Below, piece after piece: positions 47,607-58,667 of a stretch of 64,000 nt of DNA (position 1 is the stretch's first letter; each line of letters opens with the position of its first letter). The notes beneath the pieces are model-generated. The model saw only the letters and a list, made by a program, of their open reading frames with translations. It had not been told where the DNA came from and ran no database searches. The translations under genes and the position numbers were made by a program. The stretch lies in sequence record NC_023719.1. One strand, written 5' to 3'.

Positions 47607-48275
47607 ATGTATAATAAAAAAGAAATAATTTTTTGTGGCGAGTTACTGTTATGTAGTAATGAGATTGAAATAAAATTAAAAGAAATATCAAAAGTTTGTG
47701 ATTTAATGGAGATTAAAGAGTATAGGGCAGAACAGTACAGTGGTATGAACATATTGGCAGTATTTATAGCTGTTACGAAAAAAGATTTTACAGAAAATTT
47801 TATAATGCGTTATCATAAAAAAACTAAAACTATAATAAGCATACAGAGAACTCAAATTGGATTTGAGCAACCTTTCGAAAGACAAACAATAACTAGGCAA
47901 AATAAAGAATTAACAAGTATAATAGACAGAATGCTTATACATGGTGATGAACAAATTAAGAAAAAAATAGAACTCTTCTGGTTTAAGGATGGGTGTCCTA
48001 TTTGCAAATCAAAAGAAATAAAAATCATTGAGGAAGATTATTTTGGTGTAATTGTAAATTGCCAAAATGGATGTTTTCATTTAGACTCATCGAGCTCAGA
48101 GGAATCTATTGATTTTTTAATAAAGTTTTTTGATGAATCACCCTTTTTTTCATTATCTCTAAACTCATCTTTGGACGAGAAGTTAGAAACTATTAATAAA
48201 ATTTATGAAAAAATTAATTATTGGAAAGAAAATGATAGATATTTATTAAGAATGTTAACTAACAAAGGAGAGTAA
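47607..48275 (+). CDS. Array family member 7
   Basis: GCPIC...CQNGCF...YWKENDRYLLRML. Confidence 0.85.
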   Translation: MYNKKEIIFCGELLLCSNEIEIKLKEISKVCDLMEIKEYRAEQYSGMNILAVFIAVTKKDFTENFIMRYHKKTKTIISIQRTQIGFEQPFERQTITRQNKELTSIIDRMLIHGDEQIKKKIELFWFKDGCPICKSKEIKIIEEDYFGVIVNCQNGCFHLDSSSSEESIDFLIKFFDESPFFSLSLNSSLDEKLETINKIYEKINYWKENDRYLLRMLTNKGE

Positions 48276-48279
48276 AGAA

Positions 48280-48951
48280 ATGATTTACGAAAACGTATAT
48301 AAACTTGATTGGTTGGAATTTGGTGCCTCAGTAGATGAGATAGAAAAATTCAATGATATTGTTAGCGTTAGTGATACTATAAAAGTTAAAAAAGTTGAGC
48401 GAAATAGTGAACTAAGATTTTATCTAGTTGAAGCTTCAAATATAGAAAAAACTATAGAATTTGTAATAAAGATATCAGAAAATAACGTAATAGTTAGTAT
48501 AGATGACACTAAACCATTTGATTATGATGAGAAGATTCGCCATTTTGATAGTACAATTATAGCGGTATTGTCAAATATCGCAGACTCTTTATTTTTAGCT
48601 AAAAATAAAGAAATAAAAAAGAAAATTGATATAATTCATTGCATCGATAATCTGTGTCCTATTTGCGGAAATGAGATAAAAAAAGGTATAGAAAAAGAAA
48701 TGTTGAATAGATTTGATTCATTAACATGTAAGAACGGATGTTATGTAGTAGACTTTCGTAATTTTAATTTCGAACATCAAAGTACAGTTGTATCTGTGAC
48801 ATTTTTCCGAAAAAATAAAATTAGTTCAAAATTATTAAGTTCTTTAAGTCGAAGAATGATAACAATAGATCAAATATATGCTAGTATTCAATGGTGGAAA
48901 AGTAATGATAGATACTTAGCAAAAATACTAACAGAAAGTGATGGTAAATAA
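48280..48951 (+). CDS. Array family member 8
   Basis: CIDNLCPIC...CKNGCY...WWKSNDRYLAKIL. Confidence 0.85.
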   Translation: MIYENVYKLDWLEFGASVDEIEKFNDIVSVSDTIKVKKVERNSELRFYLVEASNIEKTIEFVIKISENNVIVSIDDTKPFDYDEKIRHFDSTIIAVLSNIADSLFLAKNKEIKKKIDIIHCIDNLCPICGNEIKKGIEKEMLNRFDSLTCKNGCYVVDFRNFNFEHQSTVVSVTFFRKNKISSKLLSSLSRRMITIDQIYASIQWWKSNDRYLAKILTESDGK

Positions 48952-49612
48952 AATGAGTCATAATGAGGAATTTATATATGAAAATTTTAAAATGCATATG
49001 CCTAAAGGAAGAAAAGAAGAATTAATAAACATTATTGAATTAAGTGACGCTGTTTCAATTGAAAAAAAGCATTATACTCTTGATGATTCACCTGGAAAAA
49101 CAAAAGCATGTTATAGGTTCACAGTAACAAAAAGTGGTGGTGAATTTAAATTTGACATATATGCGGATGATTTATCTCATTATCACCAATCAATTTTGAT
49201 TGAAGAAGCTCGAGACGATGTATTTAAGTTTTATCAATTAGAGTTACAACATATATTAGACTTCATTTATATTTCAAGCAATAACGAATTAAAGAGAAAA
49301 ATTGAGGTCATAAGATGTAAAAATGAAAAGTGTCCTATTTGTGATTCAAAGGTAGATATTGACGATAGAGCGTTTAATGGGAATAATGCTTCATTAAGAT
49401 GTAGTAATGGTTGCTATGTCGTACGCGGCGTCATGGAATCATTAAATAGTTTTTATTTTAATGTAATAATATTTAAAGACGAATCTAGCTATTATAAGTC
49501 TAATGTGGCATTGGAAGAAAAGATAAAAAGAGTTAATGCGATTTATGATAAAATAGAGTATTGGAAAGAGAATGATAAGTACTTAATAAAAATACTTAAA
49601 GAGGATGATTGA
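48938..49612 (+). CDS. Array family member 9
   Basis: CKNEKCPIC...CSNGCY...YWKENDKYLIKIL. Confidence 0.85.
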   Translation: MMVNKMSHNEEFIYENFKMHMPKGRKEELINIIELSDAVSIEKKHYTLDDSPGKTKACYRFTVTKSGGEFKFDIYADDLSHYHQSILIEEARDDVFKFYQLELQHILDFIYISSNNELKRKIEVIRCKNEKCPICDSKVDIDDRAFNGNNASLRCSNGCYVVRGVMESLNSFYFNVIIFKDESSYYKSNVALEEKIKRVNAIYDKIEYWKENDKYLIKILKEDD

Positions 49613-50204
49613 TATGGTAGATATTATCAACTTTGGCGGTATACCCATAAAAGCTGATAGGCAAATGTACAACAAGTTAAGTGATATCTTAGAAAATTGC
49701 GATAGCATTCATACCGAGTTAGAATATCAAAGTTCGTTTGTTACAAGTTATAAAGTAATTATTATAAAAAACAATCAATCAATTGAATTTAATATTTCAA
49801 TGAAACAAGATATGAGCCTATTTATTATTAAAATAAATGACCATGAAAAACATAGATTTAAGATAATGACTATATTATCTATAATATCTAATAAATTATT
49901 ATTTATGAATGATGAAAAAATGATAGGTAAGCTAAAAATAATCTGTTGCAAGCAAGAAAGTAGATGTCCAATTTGTAATTCCGAGTTAAGCAAAAGCATG
50001 TTGAAAGAATGCGTTAATGGCTGTTATTATTTAATGATATATGACAAAACAGTTTTTTATGCGACTGTATTTAATGAAACATTTGATATTTCTGGTGATG
50101 AGTCTACAATTGAAGAAAAAATTAATACAATAAACAAGCTTTACGATAAAATTAATTATTGGAAAGAGAATGATAAATACTTAACGAATATTCTTTCGAA
50201 TTAG
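49605..50204 (+). CDS. Array family member 10
   Basis: RCPIC...CVNGCY...YWKENDKYLTNIL. Confidence 0.85.
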   Translation: MIDMVDIINFGGIPIKADRQMYNKLSDILENCDSIHTELEYQSSFVTSYKVIIIKNNQSIEFNISMKQDMSLFIIKINDHEKHRFKIMTILSIISNKLLFMNDEKMIGKLKIICCKQESRCPICNSELSKSMLKECVNGCYYLMIYDKTVFYATVFNETFDISGDESTIEEKINTINKLYDKINYWKENDKYLTNILSN

Positions 50205-50208
50205 AGAG

Positions 50209-50811
50209 GTGAACTTTGTGTTTGGAAATTTGAAGTTTTATGTATTTAAAGGTATTCTTATGAGAGTTTCGGAAAGAGACAAACTAGGGCTCAAAGAGAT
50301 TATCAAATATAGTGATAAAATCACTATTCAGAAGTCTAAAAGAATAAATTTAACTATTTATCAAGTAACAGCGGAAAGTGGAAAAATAAAAATTCTTTTC
50401 AATTTTGGAGTCAAGAAAATAAGTAGAAAATTTTTCTACGTATCACATGTAAGAAAATTGCAAAATATAGCAAACGAACTTTATCTAGCGAAAGACAAAG
50501 ACTTAAAAAAGAAGGTAAATAGTATAACATGTAAAAATAAAGTTTGCCCTATTTGTGGTTCAAAAGTTGATATTAATAGAGAAATAGGTTGGGTAAATGC
50601 TATATGTATAAATAAATGTTACAGAATACAATTTAGGGCAAAAAACTATACTCATGTTCTTGGATACGATATATTTAGTAAAGTTTACCAGCCAACATAT
50701 CATGATCTATCTATGGAAGAGAGAATTAAAGAAATCAATACTCTCTATAAGAAAATATCTTATTGGAAAGAAGATGAAAAATACCTATTTAAATTACTAG
50801 AGCAAGGGTGA
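50209..50811 (+). CDS. Array family member 11
   Basis: CKNKVCPIC...CINKCY...YWKEDEKYLFKLL. Confidence 0.85.
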   Translation: MNFVFGNLKFYVFKGILMRVSERDKLGLKEIIKYSDKITIQKSKRINLTIYQVTAESGKIKILFNFGVKKISRKFFYVSHVRKLQNIANELYLAKDKDLKKKVNSITCKNKVCPICGSKVDINREIGWVNAICINKCYRIQFRAKNYTHVLGYDIFSKVYQPTYHDLSMEERIKEINTLYKKISYWKEDEKYLFKLLEQG

Positions 50812-50817
50812 TGAAAA

Positions 50818-51459
50818 GTGTTAGAAAGTCTTTTTAGTGATATCAAATTTGAAAACATTAACATAAGAGTTAAAGCATCAGAAGAAGAGAAGCTTAAAGA
50901 TTTAAAGCGTCTATGTAATATAAAAATTACAAAATCAATTATTTACCCTCAATATAAAGATTATCCAACTAGAGAAATTCATCATGTAACAATTAAGAGA
51001 GGAAAGTCAAAAGAGAGATTTAAGCTTATCTTAAACGGTAAAACGAAGAAGATAATTGATGTACAGACAAAATATGATCTTTATTGTTCGACATCAAAAC
51101 AATTTGAGATTTTATTGACTAAAATTTATTTCTCAGAAGATAAAACAATTAAAGATAAAGCTGACATTATAAACTGTAAAAGTGGAAATTGTCCAATCTG
51201 CAATTCTAAAATAAAGAAGAGTATAAATTTCATTGAAAAAATGGTTTGCCCTAATGGCTGCTATAAATTAAGAAGAAGTTTGCTGTATGATACAATCGTT
51301 GGGGTCGATGTAGAGTTTTTTGGTAAGATGCAAAAATATAGAGAATTTAAAGAACATTATGTAGGCTTTAAGTATAAAATTTATCAAATTGAACAAATAT
51401 ATAGTACGATTTCATATTGGAGAGAAGAAAATAGATATTTAATCAAAATGCTTTCATAG
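50818..51459 (+). CDS. Array family member 12
   Basis: CKSGNCPIC...CPNGCY...YWREENRYLIKML. Confidence 0.85.
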   Translation: MLESLFSDIKFENINIRVKASEEEKLKDLKRLCNIKITKSIIYPQYKDYPTREIHHVTIKRGKSKERFKLILNGKTKKIIDVQTKYDLYCSTSKQFEILLTKIYFSEDKTIKDKADIINCKSGNCPICNSKIKKSINFIEKMVCPNGCYKLRRSLLYDTIVGVDVEFFGKMQKYREFKEHYVGFKYKIYQIEQIYSTISYWREENRYLIKMLS

Positions 51460-51470
51460 GAGAGATAACT

Positions 51471-52082
51471 ATGATTAATATTGGCGGAATAGATATTCAT
51501 ACAGATAAAATGAAAGAAAGAAGACTAAGAGAAATTATTGATATGTGCGATTCAATTACTCTTATTAGGATAAGGGAAATAAATTGTCTTTTACAGCATA
51601 AGATGATAGCGAGAAAAAATGATTACTCTATTGAATTCACACTATCAACTAATTTGCAAAACGACTTAATTGTTATACACTGTGATGGTTTTAATTCATC
51701 ATCTGCTAAGGTGTTAATATATATTTTAGAAAAAATCTATCTTTCTCAAAACAAAGAATTGCAAGAGAAATTAAATATTATAAATTGTGAAAACAAGAAA
51801 TGTCCAATTTGTAACTCCGAAATGAGTTCAAAAATACTCGCAAATGGCTTAGAAAAATTGATTTGCAATAATTCTTGTTTTAGGGCAGCAAATTTTAAAG
51901 AAAAATCTATGAAATTCAGTTGTAACGTATATGAAAAACATTTACATGTGAATTTGATAGATTCTACAGAAAGCATAGCTTTTAAAGAACAGAAAATTAA
52001 TGAAGTTTACAATTTAATTAATTACTGGAAAGAACATGATAGATATTTAATAAGAGTATTGTCTCAAGAGGTGAAGATGTAA
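51471..52082 (+). CDS. Array family member 13
   Basis: CENKKCPIC...CNNSCF...YWKEHDRYLIRVL. Confidence 0.85.
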   Translation: MINIGGIDIHTDKMKERRLREIIDMCDSITLIRIREINCLLQHKMIARKNDYSIEFTLSTNLQNDLIVIHCDGFNSSSAKVLIYILEKIYLSQNKELQEKLNIINCENKKCPICNSEMSSKILANGLEKLICNNSCFRAANFKEKSMKFSCNVYEKHLHVNLIDSTESIAFKEQKINEVYNLINYWKEHDRYLIRVLSQEVKM

Positions 52083-52687
52083 TGTTTGATTTTAATGGGA
52101 TAAAAATTAAAACTAATTCAAATAGAGAAAAGAAATTACAAGACATATTAGATAATAGTGATCATATAAAAATCATTAATGAAAAAATAAACAGCTACAC
52201 AGATTACGGCAGTAGGGAATACAATGTGATGGCTTACAAAGGTAGTTTTTCTATTTGGTTTTCATTGCATATCGATAGTGAGAATAGATTAACAGATGTA
52301 ATAGCTGATTTAAGTCATAATGCGCCAGTTACGAGTTTAAATTTCATCGCTGAACGATTATATCTTTCATATAATAAAGACTTTAAAGAAAAATTAGATA
52401 TTATAAGATGTAAAGATAAGAGATGTCCCATTTGTAATTCAAAAATGAATATTGCAACATATTTTGAATTTAATGATGAACTGGCATGTAATAATAGATG
52501 TTTTTACACTTTATTATCAAAAACACACCTAACAAATTTTACATGTAAAATTTTTAATGACAAGAAGAGTGATAAATCATTAAGTCTAACGCTAAAAGAG
52601 AGAATTGAAATGATTGACGAAATATACAACAAAATACTTTATTGGAAAGAAGAAGATAGATATTTAATGAAAATAATGAAAGGATGA
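52082..52687 (+). CDS. Array family member 14
   Basis: CKDKRCPIC...CNNRCF...YWKEEDRYLMKIM. Confidence 0.85.
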   Translation: MFDFNGIKIKTNSNREKKLQDILDNSDHIKIINEKINSYTDYGSREYNVMAYKGSFSIWFSLHIDSENRLTDVIADLSHNAPVTSLNFIAERLYLSYNKDFKEKLDIIRCKDKRCPICNSKMNIATYFEFNDELACNNRCFYTLLSKTHLTNFTCKIFNDKKSDKSLSLTLKERIEMIDEIYNKILYWKEEDRYLMKIMKG

Positions 52688-53319
52688 ATATAATGATAAC
52701 TTTTGGTAGTATAAAATTAGAAGTTAATTCAACGTTAGAGGAAAAATATTTAAAAGAGATTGAGAGTATGTGTGATTCTATAGAAATAAACACTATGAAA
52801 GTAGAACCTACTAACTTAACAGATCATATAGTAAAAGCTACTACAAGAGGATATTCAATTTACTTTACTCTAAGTACAAATTATGATGAATTATTTACAG
52901 TGCAATTTATTAATATTTGTTCAACTAAAAGAGAACAAGAATTAAGTTATATCATACAAGGTATTAAGATTTTTCAAAATAAAGAAATTCAAGAAAAAAT
53001 GAATGTCATTAACTGTGAAAATAATCAATGCCCTATATGTAATTCAGAAATCAAAAATGATCCATATACGTTTAGTGGTTATAGAAAAGTTTGTAAAAAT
53101 GGTTGCTATCTTATTGCTATAAATGAAGATTTCTCCCCAAGAGGTGTAATGATATTCGATGAAACTATTGAACTAGTGAATTCTAATTTATATAATCTAA
53201 TACCCGCTGATAAAGATATAGATAGTTTTGTTAAAATCTTAAACAAAATATATGACAAAACGATGTACTTAAAAGAAAATGATAGATATTTAGCTAAAAT
53301 AATGGAGGGAAACAAGTGA
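52684..53319 (+). CDS. Array family member 15
   Basis: CENNQCPIC...CKNGCY...YLKENDRYLAKIM. Confidence 0.85.
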   Translation: MNIMITFGSIKLEVNSTLEEKYLKEIESMCDSIEINTMKVEPTNLTDHIVKATTRGYSIYFTLSTNYDELFTVQFINICSTKREQELSYIIQGIKIFQNKEIQEKMNVINCENNQCPICNSEIKNDPYTFSGYRKVCKNGCYLIAINEDFSPRGVMIFDETIELVNSNLYNLIPADKDIDSFVKILNKIYDKTMYLKENDRYLAKIMEGNK

Positions 53320-53945
53320 TAACTTTCGGCACTATAAAATTAAAAGCCTCTACACAATTAGAAGAGGAATACTTAAAAGAAATTGATTCTACGTGTGACT
53401 CTCTAAAAATAATATCTGAAGAAATAGCGAATTATGGTTTAATGGAGCATAGAGTAAAAGCTACAAAAAATGGATATTCAATTTATTTTTCCCTACATGT
53501 ATCACTCTCTAATAAATCAATACTTGGAGTATCATTCATCAACTCTCCATCTATAGCGTGGATAGAGTATGAGCTCGAAAACGTTGTGCAAGGTATTAAG
53601 GCATTTCAAAATAAAGAAGTGCAGAAAAAATTAGATATAATTAATTGCATAGATGATAAATGTCCATTATGTGGTTCAAAAACTGAAAAAACAAGACTTA
53701 TATTTAGTGGACACAAGAAGCATTGTGAAAATAGATGTTACGTTGTTAACGTAAGTAAAAATAATCGTTTGCCAAGAGAAGTGAGCGTTTTTGAAGAATC
53801 TAACATTTTGACAGAGTTCATCACCATTAGAAATAACTATACTAGTTTTAAAGACTTTACCACATCTTTAAATGAAATTATTGACAAAATAGCATATTTA
53901 AAAGAGAATGATAGATATTTAGCTAGAATATTGAAAGGAGATTAG
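53316..53945 (+). CDS. Array family member 16
   Basis: CIDDKCPLC...CENRCY...YLKENDRYLARIL. Confidence 0.85.
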   Translation: MITFGTIKLKASTQLEEEYLKEIDSTCDSLKIISEEIANYGLMEHRVKATKNGYSIYFSLHVSLSNKSILGVSFINSPSIAWIEYELENVVQGIKAFQNKEVQKKLDIINCIDDKCPLCGSKTEKTRLIFSGHKKHCENRCYVVNVSKNNRLPREVSVFEESNILTEFITIRNNYTSFKDFTTSLNEIIDKIAYLKENDRYLARILKGD

Positions 53946-53948
53946 TGA

Positions 53949-54587
53949 ATGATTAAATTTCAAAATTTAGAATTTAAAGTTGATTTTCCCGAAGAAGAGA
54001 GATATCTGAAAGAAATCGAAGAGATGTGTGATTCCATAGAAATAGAAGAAACGCATCATAAGAATTGGTCTTTTGCTTATAACTTTAACAATGCAACAGA
54101 GTATAGAGTAAAAGTTACAAAAGGGAGCTTAGTAATTAAATTTTATCTATTTATCAAAAAGAAACAACTACACGCTACAAGATTTTTCAATTTTTCCACA
54201 GAATATAATAAGCATAATCAATTCATCTTTGTTTTAAAATGCCTTAGACACTTAGAAAACAAAGAGATACAAGAACACTTAGATACAATAATTTGTAAAG
54301 ATAATATTTGCCCAATATGTGAATCAGAATTAAAAATAGATGAATTTAGAAGTCTAATGGGTAAAGAATGTGCTAACAAATGTTATTTTGTTTCTTTAGA
54401 TAGAAATAGTATCTTCCCAACTGGCTTCGGTACATTTGATGAAAATGCTATATTAGACAATTCAGATGAGAGTGTAGAAAAAATAATTAGAAACATGTAT
54501 AGAATTCGGAAGTCAATAAACTACTGGAGAGAAAACGATAGATATTTAGCTAAAATACTCAAAGGAAGAAGTAATGAAGATGATTAA
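53949..54587 (+). CDS. Array family member 17
   Basis: CKDNICPIC...CANKCY...YWRENDRYLAKIL. Confidence 0.85.
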   Translation: MIKFQNLEFKVDFPEEERYLKEIEEMCDSIEIEETHHKNWSFAYNFNNATEYRVKVTKGSLVIKFYLFIKKKQLHATRFFNFSTEYNKHNQFIFVLKCLRHLENKEIQEHLDTIICKDNICPICESELKIDEFRSLMGKECANKCYFVSLDRNSIFPTGFGTFDENAILDNSDESVEKIIRNMYRIRKSINYWRENDRYLAKILKGRSNEDD

Positions 54588-55194
54588 TTTTGCAGGGTTA
54601 GATTTAAAACTTAAATCAGATAAAGATGAATCACTCCTACAACGAATACAAAAAGAAAGTGAAGAGATCATCGTTTATCAATCTTTAGGTCTTTTCGATT
54701 TTTGTATCAAATTAATAGCAAATAATAAATCTATACGATTTAATATTTCTTTAAGTTCAGATGGTAATGTATTTAAAATATATTATAGTGATTACTCCGA
54801 TCATACAAATACGCAAAATTTAACTTATATACTAGAAGATTTAATTGTGATAAGTAATGCAGAGCTCAGTAGAAAAGTAGATATAATAAGGTGTACAAAT
54901 GAAATTTGCCCAATTTGTCAGTCTAAATTAGAAAGACGTTATGGTAATATCTACAACTTAGCTTGTCATAACGGATGTTATGATATAGCTATGCATTCAA
55001 AGATAAAATTAAACTTTGGTGTTTCATTCTTTCATGAAAAAAGTTATCAGTTATATGGAGCTTTGCGAAATATAGATAATGCTATATATTCTACAGATGA
55101 AAAGTTTGAAACAGTGTATAAGATTTATGATGAAATAAACTATTGGAAAGAAAATGATAGATACTTAATGAAGATTATAAAAGGAGAGGCTTAA
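54574..55194 (+). CDS. Array family member 18
   Basis: CTNEICPIC...CHNGCY...YWKENDRYLMKII. Confidence 0.85.
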   Translation: MKMINFAGLDLKLKSDKDESLLQRIQKESEEIIVYQSLGLFDFCIKLIANNKSIRFNISLSSDGNVFKIYYSDYSDHTNTQNLTYILEDLIVISNAELSRKVDIIRCTNEICPICQSKLERRYGNIYNLACHNGCYDIAMHSKIKLNFGVSFFHEKSYQLYGALRNIDNAIYSTDEKFETVYKIYDEINYWKENDRYLMKIIKGEA

Positions 55195-55758
55195 ATGTCT
55201 AACTTTAACTTCGCAGGGGAGTCAAAAGTGTTAATGGAAGAATTAGAAGACATCAGTGATAAAATGAAAGTTACTAAAACTGATGATTACTCATATGTAA
55301 TAGAAGCTAATAGAGGAGAATCAAGTGTAATATTTAAAATTATAACAGATGATTCTAGTATTATGTTTGGAATAGAGTATAAAAGTTATTTCTCACAAAG
55401 AATAGGTACTATAATAAATATCATGGAAGATTTATGTTTAAGTGGAGATAAAGATTTACAGCATAAATTTGACACTATTCAATGTGAAAATAATAAATGC
55501 CCTGTGTGTAACTCGGAAATGATTTTAAATTTTATGGAACAATCGTGTAGTAATAAATGTTACTCAATTTCACCTTTATTTGGAAAATATACTATTCAAT
55601 TTGATGCAAAATTATTTACTGATCAACCATTTGAAATATACCCTTATATGAAAATGAAAGATAAAATAAAAGTTATTAACGAGTTATATGATTCAATCAA
55701 TTACTGGAAGGAAGATGATAAATACTTAATAAAAATACTTTCAAAAGGAGATGCATAG
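55195..55758 (+). CDS. Array family member 19
   Basis: CENNKCPVC...CSNKCY...YWKEDDKYLIKIL. Confidence 0.85.
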   Translation: MSNFNFAGESKVLMEELEDISDKMKVTKTDDYSYVIEANRGESSVIFKIITDDSSIMFGIEYKSYFSQRIGTIINIMEDLCLSGDKDLQHKFDTIQCENNKCPVCNSEMILNFMEQSCSNKCYSISPLFGKYTIQFDAKLFTDQPFEIYPYMKMKDKIKVINELYDSINYWKEDDKYLIKILSKGDA

Positions 55759-56325
55759 ATGATTAATATAATACTTAATAATAGAGAAAAAGAGAAGATT
55801 AGAGAACTTGAAGAAATAAGCGATACAATGAAAACAATACAAATTGGAAAAAACGAATATGAAGTAAAAGTTGTAAAAAACAAAACTACTATTACCTTTA
55901 CTATCGTGACAGATATAATGACTAATGGAATAACAGAAATTGTTTACAAAAATCTATCTGAATTCAAGCTTAGAAATTTAGTTTGTGTTATAGAAGATCT
56001 TTATTTACCCAATGATAAAAACTTACAAGAAAAACTACATATTATTTATTGTGTAGATGACGTTTGTCCTATATGCGGTATGAAGTTAAAGCAAATATAT
56101 TCTGATAAAAAAGAATGTAAAAATAAATGTTACGAAGTACTTATTGTAAGAAATGGATGTAAGATAAATTTTCTTGTTAAAATCTTCAAAACTCAAGAAT
56201 ACGAAGTTTATCCGACAAGGGCTTTAAAAGAAAAAATAGAAATCGTTAATCAAATATGTTATCAAATAAATTTTTGGAAAAATAATGATAGATACTTAAT
56301 GAGACTGATAGAAGGAGAAAACTAA
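55759..56325 (+). CDS. Array family member 20
   Basis: CVDDVCPIC...CKNKCY...FWKNNDRYLMRLI. Confidence 0.85.
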   Translation: MINIILNNREKEKIRELEEISDTMKTIQIGKNEYEVKVVKNKTTITFTIVTDIMTNGITEIVYKNLSEFKLRNLVCVIEDLYLPNDKNLQEKLHIIYCVDDVCPICGMKLKQIYSDKKECKNKCYEVLIVRNGCKINFLVKIFKTQEYEVYPTRALKEKIEIVNQICYQINFWKNNDRYLMRLIEGEN

Positions 56326-56327
56326 AT

Positions 56328-56900
56328 ATGTTGCTTGATATAAAACTTCGTGTATCAGAAATTGAATCAGTAAAAGAACTAATAGCAATTAGTGATCAAA
56401 TTAACATCTCTAAAGAAGAAAAAAATTTGTATAAAATGATAGCAACAAGAGGAAAAAATACTATAAAAGTTACAATTGAAACAAATGAGAATAAAATGAT
56501 TTATTCAATGAAAAATGAGCAGCCATATGCAGAAAAAATACATGATATAGAGGAAATAGTTGAGTATTTATACGTAAACGACAATCAAGAATTACAGAGT
56601 AAGTTAGATGCTATATTGTGTAAAAACAATCTATGTCCAATATGCAATTCAGAACTAGAATTAGACATATATGCTGTTGCCGAAGTAATAAGCTGCAAAA
56701 ATAAATGCTATTCGGTAATAGATCTAACGGGAAGATTTAAACTATATTTTCATGTAGTTATATTTGGAGAAAACATCTCTGCCTCTCCACATGATAAAAT
56801 ACTTAACAAGGTCGATACGGTTAATCAATTATATGACAAGATAAATCTCTGGAAAGATAACGATAACTACTTAACAAAAATGTTAATGGAGGGTAACTAG
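56328..56900 (+). CDS. Array family member 21
   Basis: CKNNLCPIC...CKNKCY...LWKDNDNYLTKML. Confidence 0.85.
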   Translation: MLLDIKLRVSEIESVKELIAISDQINISKEEKNLYKMIATRGKNTIKVTIETNENKMIYSMKNEQPYAEKIHDIEEIVEYLYVNDNQELQSKLDAILCKNNLCPICNSELELDIYAVAEVISCKNKCYSVIDLTGRFKLYFHVVIFGENISASPHDKILNKVDTVNQLYDKINLWKDNDNYLTKMLMEGN

Positions 56901-57448
56901 TGTTCATAGAAGCTGGTAGTAGAATAAAAGCAACGATGCAAAAAATCATAGACATTAGTGACGACATGGAAATATCTGTTGAAACGGGTGAAATATACAA
57001 AATAAGAGTTACAAAAGGTAAGGCTGTCATTGACTTCAAAGCTTTAGTGAATAAAGATAATGAATTAAAAGATATACGTTATAAGTTTCCATTTAATAGA
57101 CTAAAAAATTTAGAAACTATCATAGAAGACTTGTACTTACAAGATGATAAAGAACTAAGTAATAAACTAGAAAAAATCTATTGTTCAAATAACATATGCC
57201 CTATATGTAATTCAAAACTAGAAAGAACTCGTGTAAGAGCAAATTGTGAAAACGGTTGCTATTCTTTATCTCCACATGATTATCTCAAATTTCACTTTAC
57301 TCTTTGGGTATTTGATAACAAATATGATGTTTGTCCAGATTTAAGCTTAGAAACTAAAACAATCACTATTAATGAAATATGTAGTCAAATAGACTACTGG
57401 AAAGAAAATGATAATTACTTAGCAGAAATAATAAAAGGGGAAAATTAA
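56900..57448 (+). CDS. Array family member 22
   Basis: CSNNICPIC...CENGCY...YWKENDNYLAEII. Confidence 0.85.
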   Translation: MFIEAGSRIKATMQKIIDISDDMEISVETGEIYKIRVTKGKAVIDFKALVNKDNELKDIRYKFPFNRLKNLETIIEDLYLQDDKELSNKLEKIYCSNNICPICNSKLERTRVRANCENGCYSLSPHDYLKFHFTLWVFDNKYDVCPDLSLETKTITINEICSQIDYWKENDNYLAEIIKGEN

Positions 57449-57449
57449 C

Positions 57450-57995
57450 ATGTTTGTAGAAGCTGTAGGTAATGATAAAGAAAAACTGCAAGAAATTATA
57501 GACATCAGCGATAAAATAGAAGTCTCTAAAGACGATGAAACATATATAGTAAAAGCTACTAAAGGTGACACACTCATTAAATTTGCAATCACGGCAGATG
57601 AAAATAATAAATTAAAAAGAGTACACTATAAAATACCATTTACATTTAATAAACACACAAATTTAGCAAATATCATAGAAGACTTATATTTACCAAATGA
57701 TAAAGATTTACAAGATAAACTACAAGTAATCTATGGCGTAAATAGAATATGCCCTATATGTAATTCACAATTAGAAAAAAACTATAGATTAGAATGTGAA
57801 AACAACTGCTATTCGTTTTTATCAATCAATAGTCTCAAACTATACTTTAATATCAAAATATTTGACACTAAATACAGAGTAGATCAAACATCCAGCTTAG
57901 ACGATAAAATAAATACTATCAATGAAATATACAACCAATTAAACTATTGGAAAGAAGATGACAGATACTTAACAGAATTCATCAAACGAAACTAA
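57450..57995 (+). CDS. Array family member 23
   Basis: ICPIC...CENNCY...YWKEDDRYLTEFI. Confidence 0.85.
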   Translation: MFVEAVGNDKEKLQEIIDISDKIEVSKDDETYIVKATKGDTLIKFAITADENNKLKRVHYKIPFTFNKHTNLANIIEDLYLPNDKDLQDKLQVIYGVNRICPICNSQLEKNYRLECENNCYSFLSINSLKLYFNIKIFDTKYRVDQTSSLDDKINTINEIYNQLNYWKEDDRYLTEFIKRN

Positions 57996-57996
57996 T

Positions 57997-58037
57997 TTTA
58001 CAAAAATTGCATATTTTGATATAATTAATATATAAGG
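57997..58037 (+). promoter_or_regulatory. sigmaA-like promoter, conserved phage class
   Basis: TTTACA (57997-58002), 17 bp spacer, TG-A-TATAAT (58020-58025), TAATATATAAGG. Confidence 0.8.
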
Positions 58038-58053
58038 AGAGGAGAAAATAACT

Positions 58054-58650
58054 ATGCCTATTATTAGAATTAAACAATATGAAATCATTACTAATTCACA
58101 TAAAGAAACAGAAAGACTTAAAGAAATCATAGGATTAAGCAAAAAGAACTTCACTATAGTAAAAGATAAACTAACATATAACATAAGAATTAAACTAAAA
58201 AAATCATTCTTACAATTCACAATCAAAACAAACAGTGAAAATGTAATTACTAAAATATCCTATAGTAACGGAAAATCAAATCGTTCAGTAAATAAAATAC
58301 TGCACGTATTAAACAATATCATAGAAGATATTAACTTAGTTACTAATGAAGGTCTAAGGGATAAACTAGAACTTATAAGATGTCATGATAATCTTTGTCC
58401 TATTTGTAGTTCTCCACTAGAAAAAATAAGCAGCTTTGAAAGACATTGCAAAAATGATTGCTATAGTATCTGGTATTCAACAAAATATCATGAAATAGAA
58501 GTATCTGTAACAATATTTGAAAAGAAACTAAAAGCATTTGGATCAAACTCGATGAAAACAAAAATCAACACTATAAACGCTATATGTAATCAAATCTTTT
58601 ACTGGAAACAAAGCGATAATTATCTTGCAAAACTTATATTGCAAGATTAA
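58054..58650 (+). CDS. Array family member 24
   Basis: CHDNLCPIC...CKNDCY...YWKQSDNYLAKLI. Confidence 0.85.
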   Translation: MPIIRIKQYEIITNSHKETERLKEIIGLSKKNFTIVKDKLTYNIRIKLKKSFLQFTIKTNSENVITKISYSNGKSNRSVNKILHVLNNIIEDINLVTNEGLRDKLELIRCHDNLCPICSSPLEKISSFERHCKNDCYSIWYSTKYHEIEVSVTIFEKKLKAFGSNSMKTKINTINAICNQIFYWKQSDNYLAKLILQD

Positions 58651-58667
58651 GAAAGGAGAAAACTATT

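Noticed and set aside
978-58226. Numerous short antisense or alternate-frame ORFs in the track (e.g. 978-1178, 4037-4288, 5953-6147, 9908-10147, 18530-18739, 31422-31721, 35784-36230, 43143-43415, 57969-58226)
   Set aside because: They lie entirely within longer, RBS-supported genes, lack RBSs and have low-complexity shadow-frame composition.
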